From assembly GCA_965261735.1 (NCBI GenBank), contig OZ253470.1, positions 3,168,001-3,232,000 on the forward strand: a DNA stretch of 64,000 nt, written 5' to 3'. Shown here in pieces: positions 52,334 to 60,714 of the stretch. Numbering within the stretch: the stretch's first letter is position 1; each line of letters opens with the position of its first letter. The translations under genes and the position numbers were made by a program. A model generated the notes under the pieces. It made no database searches. It was not told where the DNA came from and saw nothing but the letters and a program-made list of their open reading frames with translations. The DNA is from Alphaproteobacteria bacterium (GTDB lineage: Bacteria; Pseudomonadota; Alphaproteobacteria; SHVV01).

Positions 52334-53329
52334 TCATCTTGGATTGATGTAAGCCGCTTGTTGTTGATGGTTCAAGCGGCGGTGTTGGATAGTCAGTTTC
52401 TTGATCCTGTTCCTCCTTTCAATGATGGCGGTATCGCGCCCGAAGTAGGCATCGGCGGGGGTTACATTCGCGAGGCTCTCGTGGTAGCGGCGGTTGTTGT
52501 AGTGATCGACGAAAGCGCCGATCTGGTTTTCGAGATCGCCTGGTAGATAATAGTTTTCCAGCAGGATCCAGTTCTTCAGCGTTTGATGCCAGCGCTCGAT
52601 CTTGCCCTGGGTTTGCGGGTGATACGGTGCGCCCCGAACGTGATCCATACCGTGGTCCTCGAGCCATTCCGCGAGATCACCGGAGATATAGGACGAGCCG
52701 TTGTCGCTGAGCAGCCTCGGCTTGTGGACGACATTGGCGCGGTTGCAGCCTGAGGCTTCTAGCGCCAACTTCAGTGTTGCCGTCACATCGTCCGCCGTCA
52801 TGTTGGTGCAGAGCTTCCAAGCAATGATGTAGCGGGAATAGTCGTCCAGGATGGTCGACAGGTAAAACCAGCCCCAGCCGATGACCTTGAGATAGGTGAA
52901 GTCGGTCTGCCACAGCTGGTTCGGCGCCGTGGTCTTGTCGCGGAACTCATCGGCTGCCTTGATGACCACGAAAGCGGGGCTGGTGATCAGGTCGTGGGCC
53001 TTGAGAAGCCGGCAAACCGAGGCTTCCGAGACAAAATAGCCCCTGGTGTCCGTAAACCTGACGGCCAGTTCCCGGGGCGACAGTTGCGTCTCCTCCAGGG
53101 CAAGATCGATGATCTGCCCCCGGACATCATCCGGGATACGGTTCCACACCCGGCCTGGGCTGCTGTTGCGATCCTCAAGACCGGCGTCGCCAAAGGCCAG
53201 AAAGCGATCGTACCAGCGATAAAAGGTGGTCTTCGGAATGCCCAGCTTGTCCAAAGTGGACCCGACGCCCAGGTGGGACTGCTCGACCAGGCGAATGATC
53301 TCCAGCTTCTCGGATGCGGGATACCTCAT
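52334..53329 (-). CDS. IS3-family transposase OrfB
   Basis: DDE motifs WQTDFT, SDNG, QGKIERW. Confidence 0.9.
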   Translation of the reverse strand: MRYPASEKLEIIRLVEQSHLGVGSTLDKLGIPKTTFYRWYDRFLAFGDAGLEDRNSSPGRVWNRIPDDVRGQIIDLALEETQLSPRELAVRFTDTRGYFVSEASVCRLLKAHDLITSPAFVVIKAADEFRDKTTAPNQLWQTDFTYLKVIGWGWFYLSTILDDYSRYIIAWKLCTNMTADDVTATLKLALEASGCNRANVVHKPRLLSDNGSSYISGDLAEWLEDHGMDHVRGAPYHPQTQGKIERWHQTLKNWILLENYYLPGDLENQIGAFVDHYNNRRYHESLANVTPADAYFGRDTAIIERRNRIKKLTIQHRRLNHQQQAAYINPR

Positions 53330-53610
53330 TCCTCGTCTCCCCCATCCGCGATCATGCTTTTTTTGAAAAGCCGGTTCTCCAGCGAAAGTTCGGCGACCAA
53401 CTCCTTCAAGTCGCGCATCTCCTGGCGCAGAACTTTAACCTCGCCCGAGGTCGCTTGGCGCCCGGTGTCGCCGGCGAGCCGCTTCTTGCCCGCTTCCAAA
53501 AACTCTTTCGACCAGCTGTAATACAGACCCTCGGCGATGCCCTCGCGGCGGCACAAGGCGGCGATGCTCTCCTCGCCGCGCAGGCCCGACACCACAATCC
53601 GGATCTTCTC

Positions 53611-55004
53611 GGCTGTGTCTCGAAAGTGGTGGAAATTTGAGGATGGCGTAATCTCCGGGTGACAAGACAACCACCCAATCGGCGGCTAGCACCGCCAAGG
53701 AGATCACGCCATGAAGAACACTACCGAGACTTCCGCGCTTTCGCTACTGGCCAATGACGCCGGCTATGATCCGATCGAGGACCGGCTGCGGGAGAACATC
53801 AGATCCACGATCGAGGCCGTTTTTGAGGAGGAACTTGCGCAGTTTCTCGGGCGCTGCCGATACGGTCGAGAGGACGCGCTTCGGCAAGGGTATCGGAACG
53901 GGCACCGGGAGCGGCAACTGACGGGGACATTCGGGACCGAGAGGGTGAGCGTGCCGCGTGCGCGGATCGTTGAGGAAGACGGTCGGGCGTCGGAATGGCG
54001 TTCGCGGGCGCTGCCGCGCTACCAGCGGCTGACCAGAAAGGCCGAGGCGCTGATCGCTTCGGTGTATCTGTCCGGAACCAACACGCGGCGGGTGAAACGC
54101 GCGCTGTTCGGGCTCTTCCGGGGTGCTGTGAGCAAGGACGTTGTGAGCCGGGCGTGGCGCAAGGTGAAGGTCGATTGGGACGCCTGGTGCAGCCGTGGCC
54201 TCGCGGATGAGGATATCGTTCGGCTGATCCTTGACGGCACTGTGATCAAGACCCGACTGGACCGCAAGGCCACCAACATCTCGGTTCTCGCGGCTATAGG
54301 GGTGCGCCGGGATGGCCAGAAGGTCTTGCTTTCGATCGGGAATATGGGCGGAGAAAGCCAGGCGGCGTGGCGCCAGTTCCTCGACGACCTTGATGCGCGT
54401 GGACTGAAACGGCCCGGGTTTGTCATCGTCGATGGCGCGCCGGGACTGGAGGCGGCTCTGTCGGCGCTTTGGGGCGATGACCTTCCCGTTCAACGCTGCA
54501 CCGTGCACAAGCACCGCAACCTTCTGGGTCATGCTCCCAAACACATGCATGACGAGCTGAGCGAAGATTACCGCGATATGATCTATGCCGACACTGCCTC
54601 CGAGGTGGAAACCCGCCGCAAGGCGTTTGTCCGCAAGTGGCGGCTGAAATGCAGGGCCGTCGCGGACAGCCTCGCAGAAGCGGGCGACAAGCTCTTTACC
54701 TTCACGCGCCTGTCCAAGAGCCAATGGAAATCAGCCCGAACGACCAACGCCATTGAGCGTCTCAACGAGGAGTTCAAGCGCCGGATCAAAACACAGACCG
54801 TGCTGCCGTGTCCCGAAACAGTGCCGATGCTCCTCTGGGCACTCCTCGCTTCCGGCCAAATCCAGATGCGCAAAGTCGATGGATGGGAAACCCTCGATCA
54901 GCTAATCGCCGACGAAACCCTTGACCGCGCAGCCTGACCGCCGCAAAACTCAACCCGCTCGGAGAGGCGCCAAAACCAATTTCCACCACTTTCGAGACAC
55001 AACC
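53611..55004 (+). mobile_element. IS256-family element
   Basis: Inverted repeat GG(C/T)TGTGTCTCGAAAGTGGTGGAAATT; 8-bp target duplication ATCTTCTC at 53603-53610 and 55005-55012. Confidence 0.95.
53711..54937 (+). CDS. IS256-family transposase
   Basis: YRNGHRER, LILDG, VDGAPGL, QRCTVH, TTNAIERLN. Confidence 0.95.
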   Translation: MKNTTETSALSLLANDAGYDPIEDRLRENIRSTIEAVFEEELAQFLGRCRYGREDALRQGYRNGHRERQLTGTFGTERVSVPRARIVEEDGRASEWRSRALPRYQRLTRKAEALIASVYLSGTNTRRVKRALFGLFRGAVSKDVVSRAWRKVKVDWDAWCSRGLADEDIVRLILDGTVIKTRLDRKATNISVLAAIGVRRDGQKVLLSIGNMGGESQAAWRQFLDDLDARGLKRPGFVIVDGAPGLEAALSALWGDDLPVQRCTVHKHRNLLGHAPKHMHDELSEDYRDMIYADTASEVETRRKAFVRKWRLKCRAVADSLAEAGDKLFTFTRLSKSQWKSARTTNAIERLNEEFKRRIKTQTVLPCPETVPMLLWALLASGQIQMRKVDGWETLDQLIADETLDRAA

Positions 55005-55189
55005 ATCTTCTCCTCAGCCGAATACTGCTTGCGTGTCTTGCGGCGAATATCCCGAACAGCTCTCTCCGCCGGGTCGTTCTTGCTCATTGATTTCTGTCTC
55101 ATCTTCGTTCCCTTCGGTCACTACGATGAGCCAGAAATCCTCCGTTATGCAATTACCTCAATTTGTCCCAAAGGCGCTGACGTCAGACA

Positions 55190-55672
55190 AGCTGGTCGAC
55201 GGCCGTGCCGCAGGTGACGCTGTCTTCCTCGACAGGCGCCGACAACCGTTCACCCGGTTCGGCGTCTACTAGGTCGTCGAGCGCTGCGCGGCCCAAGTGC
55301 CGGCGTTGGCCGGGAGAAAAATAACGCCCCATGTGCTGAGGCATACGACCGCCTGCCACCTGGTGTTCGCCGGCGTGGACATCAACACTGTGCGTGCGTG
55401 GCTCGGGCATTCCTCCATCGATACCACCAACATCTATGCCGAAATCAACCTCAAGATGAAAGCCGAGGCGATGGCACTGTGCGATGTCGCGGAACCCGCC
55501 CCGGGGCGCCCCTGGAAGGAGGACAAAGACTTGATGGCGTTCCTGAACTCCTATTGAGCACACCAGATTATGTTGCGGCGATCCGAACTCCTTCTCCAGC
55601 AAACTCAAGGAACCGGCGGTAGCTCATCGAAGGATCCGTCAGCGCCGCAACATATGACCCCAGACAGCATAA
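55190..55672 (+). mobile_element. RIT-type element remnant 2: integrase C-terminus with internal TAG plus terminal repeats
   Basis: FTRFGVY*VVERC...TPHVLRHT...DINTVRAWLGH.SIDTTNIYAE; inverted repeat TATGTTGCGGCG 55569-55580 / 55643-55654; CAGCATAA 55665-55672. Confidence 0.75.
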
Positions 55673-55674
55673 GA

Positions 55675-55950
55675 TCCCCAATACTGAATGCCGGAGCCGG
55701 CGATCTTCACGCCGGTGCAGACGATGATCTCGTCCCGCTCGGGCCGCATCCGCTGCACGGCCCCGAGCGACATGACCTGGCGCGGTTGCTTGCGGGTCTT
55801 CGACTTGCCCTTGCCGGGCCAACGGACGATCTCGCCGTCGAACGTCGACTTGTACCGCTCCACCACATAGCGGTTATCGTCGAGACCGCGCCTGAACATA
55901 TGGATAAGAAAGGTGCGCGCGTTGGCGCCGGGCGCCGTGACTGTCTGCAT
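55675..55950 (-). pseudogene. hypothetical ORF cut by the RIT end
   Basis: MQTVTAPGANARTF... follows GGAGG and runs into the RIT repeats. Confidence 0.35.
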
Positions 55951-56193
55951 GATGCCGCCTCCCCTGGGATCGGTAGTTGCGAGCGGCGGGGACGCTCTCC
56001 GGGCCATCCATCCGCCGCCCTGCTCCCGGCCAGCCTCGGCCTCTTCATGGCGCGCCGGCGTGAAAGTGGCTTGTGATGGGGACATGGCGCAACGCAGGCC
56101 AGCTGCCCTGGCGCCCAGAGTCGGCACGGGTCTGTAATATATTCGGAGATTCCGAGTATACTAGGGGCGCAAGGTGATTTTATATTTTGGGCC

Positions 56194-56697
56194 ATGTCAG
56201 AGTCAGCGCTCATATTCGACACTCACGAGGACATCCAGGAACTGGTGAAGTCCGGCATGCCGGAACCCCAGGCTGAAACCGTGGTGCGTCAGCGTGTCCG
56301 GCTGCTGGAACGCAACCTCGCCACCAAGGCTGATATCGCAGCAACCAACGCCGATATCGAGACGCTGCGGTTGGAGACCAAGGCTGATATTGCAGCAACC
56401 AACGCCAATATCGAGACGCTGCGGCAGGAGACCAAGGCCGATATCGCGGCAACCAACGCCAATATCGAGACGCTGCGGCAGGAGACCAAGGCCGATATCG
56501 CGGCAACCAACGCCAATATCGAGACGCTGCGGCAGGAGACCAAGGCCGATATCGCGGCAACCAACGCCAATATCGAGACGCTGCGGCAGGAGACCGAAAA
56601 GCTGATAGCTCTCGGCAAGAACGATATTATCAAGTGGGTTGTCGGCGCCAATCTCGGGGTCGCCGCCTTGATCGTGGCCGCAATCAAACTCCTCTAA
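56194..56697 (+). CDS. DUF1640/CCDC90-like membrane-anchored coiled-coil protein
   Basis: Head FDTH...ELVKSGMPEPQAE; neck LATKADI; repeat stalk; C-terminal TM IKWVVGANLGVAALIVAAIKLL. Confidence 0.8.
   Translation: MSESALIFDTHEDIQELVKSGMPEPQAETVVRQRVRLLERNLATKADIAATNADIETLRLETKADIAATNANIETLRQETKADIAATNANIETLRQETKADIAATNANIETLRQETKADIAATNANIETLRQETEKLIALGKNDIIKWVVGANLGVAALIVAAIKLL
56323..56592 (+). repeat. 54-bp tandem repeat, five copies
   Basis: Unit encodes TKADIAATNANIETLRQE; the last three copies are identical. Confidence 0.95.
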
Positions 56698-56716
56698 TCG
56701 CCGGCCTGGATCACGC

Positions 56717-56895
56717 TCAGTCAGCATCCAGCGTGGCGCCCGCGGGCAGTATGTCCGCGCCGATGCTGGCGGCGACCCTGACCGCCGATAGCTTGATGGA
56801 ATCGCGCGCGAGATGGGCGTAGCGGACCGTCGTCTGGATTTTGGTGTGCCCGAGCAGCTTCCCGATCATGCTCAGGCTCTCGCCGAGCGCCAGGG
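56717..56895 (-). pseudogene. tyrosine integrase extreme C-terminal fragment
   Basis: LALGESLSMIGKLLGHTKIQTTVRYAHLARDS; paralogous to the 40725 fragment. Confidence 0.8.
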
Positions 56896-57151
56896 TACCA
56901 CGATGAGGCCTCCAGACCCCAACACGACCTCCACAAGATATGGTTGAAAAACGCCTCGCGGGCGACCAAGCCAAACCGGTGCCGTCGACAGCGCCTCTGG
57001 CTGGATCGATGTCGAAACCACCCTGGGCGGGGCGCCACGACCGGCACACCAAACGCGCCCAGCCCAAAAAGAACATCCGGCTCCGGCCCCTCAGAAAGAC
57101 CGGAAGCGAATTCTCAATCAGTGAATCTACGCCGCGACCGGCGGGTTCGAG

Positions 57152-58738
57152 ATGACTGCCTCAGTCAAATTGGGGGCGTGCCCGCCGCAGACTCGCGCCT
57201 CTCTACACGGCACCACCAAATCTGGACCCGAACGGCCGCTGACGAATTCCGACGACAAACGCGCGCCCGGAGGCGGCGGCGGTTCGATGACCAGCATGAT
57301 GGACGGCAATGGTGGGCCCCCTGGAGAGCCGCCTGCGCCGGGCCCGGCGTGTGCCACATCGGCAACGTCTCAGGCTTGCGTGGACGACAAGAAGATGGTC
57401 ATGGACGAGGCCAAGAAGGCGCTCGACGCTGCGAAGGCCGACGAGAACTCGACCCAGAAGCAGATCGCGGACGCTCAGAAGGCGTATGACGACGCCAAGA
57501 TGGCGCACATGACCGCGATGGAGGGCCGGGCCACGTACCTCGCCATGCAGGCGCCGATGTACGACATGAAGGCCATGGCCAAGGCGATCATGACACCGGG
57601 CGATACTGATCCTGTTGTGATTGATGGCGGCATGCCGCCGATGGGCGACAAGGCTTATGCCAAGGCGACATGGCCGGTCGGCGACGTGGCCGGCTTCGCA
57701 GAGGCCGTTTATGAGGACGCTTCAGAGGGCACGGCCATCATCACCCACACCAACAAGCAGGCCGCGAAGGGAGTAACCTACAAGAAGCTGCTGATGCCCA
57801 ACACCGCTCCTAACGCCCCGGCCGGGTATATCTATATGACCCGCGCGGCCATGGGGATTGATGGCGATTCCTTAGCCGGTGTGCTCACGCTGTTGGAGAA
57901 CGTGCCGCCGACTGCGATGATCTCGTTCGCCCATGATGCCGGCATCGGCGCGGTGAGGACGTTCAGTGACGTTGATGCCACCACCGATGTGGATGAAAGC
58001 GTGGTGTCGATTATGGGCACCTTCCACGGTGTGCAGGGGACCTATGCATGCGGCACTGCGGGGGAACAAAACAATGCATGCATGGCAGGTACCGATGAGA
58101 AGGGTGAGCTTATCACGCTCAGTGCAGATTGGACCTTCACGCCAGCCAAGGGGGCGGAGGCCGGAATCATCGCCGGCGCACAGACGGACGTCGAATACCT
58201 CGACTTCGGCTATTGGGTGACCACTTCAGACGATCCGACATCGTATTCGGTGGGCATGTTCGCCAAGGGCATGGGAACAATGAGTACCGGCAATTTTGGT
58301 ATTCTCACCGGTGACCAGGACGCAGCAATCTCGGCAACCTACAAGGGCGGCGCCGCTGGTCTGTACGCGAAACGTGAGTACAGCGGCACCAGCGATGGTG
58401 ACTTGCTTGGCGCAGGCCGCTTCACGGCAACGGCAGAGCTGAAGGCCTACTTCGGCACCGGTGACCACACCGCCAACGACGACCAAAACACGATCAGCGG
58501 CATGATCAGCAGCTTCATGGATGACGGTTCGCCGATCGACGCCACATGGCGGGTGAAACTTGAGGCGCTCGACTTCGACACAGACAACGATGGCTCCTTC
58601 GGAGGAGGCACCGATGATTCATGGTCCGGTCAGTTCTTCGGTGGCAGCGCAACGGCGGCACCAACCGCTGTCACTGGCGAGTTCACGCACGATTTCGACA
58701 ATGGCGAAGTGATCGGCGCGTTCGGGGCGACCCGCTAG
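57152..58738 (+). CDS. surface lipoprotein-like protein 3 with TbpB-like barrel; signal peptide and lipobox missing
   Basis: GGGGGS linker without a preceding Cys; coiled coil; ATYKGGAAG, FTATAELKAYFG, WSGQFFG, AVTGEF, IGAFGA. Confidence 0.7.
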   Translation: MTASVKLGACPPQTRASLHGTTKSGPERPLTNSDDKRAPGGGGGSMTSMMDGNGGPPGEPPAPGPACATSATSQACVDDKKMVMDEAKKALDAAKADENSTQKQIADAQKAYDDAKMAHMTAMEGRATYLAMQAPMYDMKAMAKAIMTPGDTDPVVIDGGMPPMGDKAYAKATWPVGDVAGFAEAVYEDASEGTAIITHTNKQAAKGVTYKKLLMPNTAPNAPAGYIYMTRAAMGIDGDSLAGVLTLLENVPPTAMISFAHDAGIGAVRTFSDVDATTDVDESVVSIMGTFHGVQGTYACGTAGEQNNACMAGTDEKGELITLSADWTFTPAKGAEAGIIAGAQTDVEYLDFGYWVTTSDDPTSYSVGMFAKGMGTMSTGNFGILTGDQDAAISATYKGGAAGLYAKREYSGTSDGDLLGAGRFTATAELKAYFGTGDHTANDDQNTISGMISSFMDDGSPIDATWRVKLEALDFDTDNDGSFGGGTDDSWSGQFFGGSATAAPTAVTGEFTHDFDNGEVIGAFGATR

Positions 58739-58812
58739 GTGGTAGCAGCCTGACCGGACGGGGACGGGTTCCACCTGCAGGTACCCGGCCTCTCCGGCCC
58801 GGCGTTTCAGCG

Positions 58813-58847
58813 AAGGGGGTGGCAGAGATGTCATCCCCTTTTTCTTT
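58813..58847 (+). terminator. intrinsic terminator between cargo and Slam
   Basis: AAGGGGGTGGCA-GAGA-TGTCATCCCCTT-TTTCTTT. Confidence 0.75.
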
Positions 58848-58875
58848 GCATCCGATACCGCCGCACGGATTCATA

Positions 58876-60255
58876 ATGCCGTTCGTCCCGCTCTGCCGCC
58901 TGCTTGCGCTTTGCGCCTGCCTCATGCTTGCCGCCCCGGCCTGGAGCGCCGAGGAACTGTCTGCTCCGGCCTCATCCCCCCAAGTTGGCAGTGTGGCCGA
59001 CGCACGGGCGCTGATCGATGTCGGCCGGTTCATCGACGCGCTGGCGGTGCTGGGCCCGCTGCTCGAGGCGGATGCGATCGAGGCGAACGCGCTCTTCCTC
59101 TACGGCCTGGCAGCGACGGGAGCGTCGCAGAGGCCCGACGTTCCCGACGACGCACGCGAGGCGCTGCTGGACGAGGCCATCGCCGCCTTCCGCGCCATGC
59201 TGGTCAACGCGCCGGGTCTGGTGCGCGTACGGCTGGAGCTTGCGCGCGCCTTCTTTCTCAAGGGCGAGAACGATCTGGCGCGGCGCCACTTCGAGCTTGT
59301 TCTGGCGGGCGAGCCGCCTGCGGAAGTGGCTGCCAAGGTGCGGCGCTTTCTGAACGAGATCAGGGCGCGCAAGCGCTGGAGCTTCAGCGTGAGCTTCGCG
59401 CTTGCGCCGGACAGCAACATCGGCGGCACCTCGGACGAGCGGACCATCTACATCTTCAACCTGCCCTTCCAGAGGGATGCACAGGAGCTGACCACCTCGG
59501 GCGTGGGGGTCTCGGTGTGGGGCGGTGCGGAGTACCAGGTGCCCGTGAGCGACGGTCTGCGCCTCCGCGCCGGCGCGCAGGCGGCGCGGAGGGAGTATAA
59601 GCGCTCCCAGTTCGATCAGCTCTTCCTCGCGGGCCATATGGGGCCGCGCTGGCTTGTGGACCGCAACACGGAGCTGAGTATTCTTGCGAGCGCGCGGCAG
59701 CGCTGGCTCGGCACCGTACCCGATCATCGCGATCTCGGCACCCGTTTCGAGGCGGGGCACCGTGTGAGCCCGCAGGTGACGCTCTTCGCGCAGGCGTCCT
59801 GGCACGGGCGGCGCTACCGCACGCAGGCGCGGTCCCGTCTGGACGGGCCCGTCTGGGACGCGTCGCTGCGCGGGGCGTGGGTCGTCACGCCGACGGTGCG
59901 GGTGGAGCTCTCCGGCGGCTACACGCGGGATCGGCCGCGGCTTCGGTGCGAGCGGAACCGGAGCCGGTGGCTGGGTACGGGGGTGTCCGTGAACCTGCCT
60001 CTGGGCTTCACCGTGGGCGGCGGGGGCGAGGTGAGGTGGACGGACTACGAGTGGGGCTGGTTTCCCTTCGTGTCGGACGGCAGCGCGCGCGAGGACCGCA
60101 CCCTCAGCTTGCGGGCCTCGGTGCACAACCGGGCCTTCACGTTGCTGGGCTTCAGCCCGGAGCTGGTGGTGGTGCAGGAGGAGCGTGAGAGCAACGCGCA
60201 GCTGCATGGCTACGGGCGCACGCGGGGCGAGCTCCGCTTCGTGCAACAGTTCTGA
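58876..60255 (+). CDS. second Slam / DUF560 protein
   Basis: Signal peptide; PGLVRVRLELARAFFLKGE; LAPDSNI; ESNAQLHGY; terminal F; clear paralogue of 50126-51442. Confidence 0.85.
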   Translation: MPFVPLCRLLALCACLMLAAPAWSAEELSAPASSPQVGSVADARALIDVGRFIDALAVLGPLLEADAIEANALFLYGLAATGASQRPDVPDDAREALLDEAIAAFRAMLVNAPGLVRVRLELARAFFLKGENDLARRHFELVLAGEPPAEVAAKVRRFLNEIRARKRWSFSVSFALAPDSNIGGTSDERTIYIFNLPFQRDAQELTTSGVGVSVWGGAEYQVPVSDGLRLRAGAQAARREYKRSQFDQLFLAGHMGPRWLVDRNTELSILASARQRWLGTVPDHRDLGTRFEAGHRVSPQVTLFAQASWHGRRYRTQARSRLDGPVWDASLRGAWVVTPTVRVELSGGYTRDRPRLRCERNRSRWLGTGVSVNLPLGFTVGGGGEVRWTDYEWGWFPFVSDGSAREDRTLSLRASVHNRAFTLLGFSPELVVVQEERESNAQLHGYGRTRGELRFVQQF

Positions 60256-60351
60256 ACCGGCCGGAGAGGCGCGGCATGGGCGGGGAGCGCGTTGGCGAGA
60301 CGAGGGCGGTCCCGTCTGCGCCCTGCCGGCCGCTGTCAATCGGCGTTCAAT

Positions 60352-60610
60352 ATTGATGGAGTGGACGCCTCCTCCCGACGGCATCGCAGTGTGCCAAGGT
60401 GGTGGTGAGACCAACCCCCGGAGGAGGAGGTGTCCATGGAACAGGTCAACATCATCGGGATGGATCTGGCGAATCGCAGCTTTCAGCTTCACGGTGCTCG
60501 GTCGGACGGTTCGGTCGCGTTCCGCAGGAAGCTTAGTCGGGAGCTGACGGACTTCCTCGCCTCGCAGCCGCGCTACGTGATGGCGATGGAGGCCTGTGCG
60601 AGCGCTCAGG
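60352..60610 (+). mobile_element. IS110-family (IS1111-like) 5' remnant
   Basis: ATGGAGTGGACGC near the end; MEQVNIIGMDLANRSFQLHG...MAMEACASA from 60436, then truncated. Confidence 0.8.
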
Positions 60611-60714
60611 ATGCGCGAGCCGAGGTTGAACCTCGCCTACGGTCGCGGACCTATCGCCGAGAAGATTGTCGCAAACTGGGCTGAACGGAACGGTGTCGGA
60701 TCAGGGCTGCGATC

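Larger units (their letters stand above)
52277..55189 (-). mobile_element. IS3-family element with orfA interrupted by IS256
   Basis: Ends TGTCCGTCGTCA...TTTGGGAC / GTCCCAAA...TGACGTCAGACA; orfA starts 55102 (MRQKSMSKND...YSAEEK|IRIV); orfB 52334-53329 (WQTDFTY, LLSDNG, GKIERWH). Confidence 0.9.

Noticed and set aside
56323-56592. 54-bp repeats as a CRISPR array
   Set aside because: No unique spacers, in-frame coding repeat, and no cas genes in the window.
60352-60684. IS110 as a functional bridge-RNA recombinase system
   Set aside because: Only about 55 N-terminal codons remain; the rest of the transposase and the 3' non-coding end are absent.
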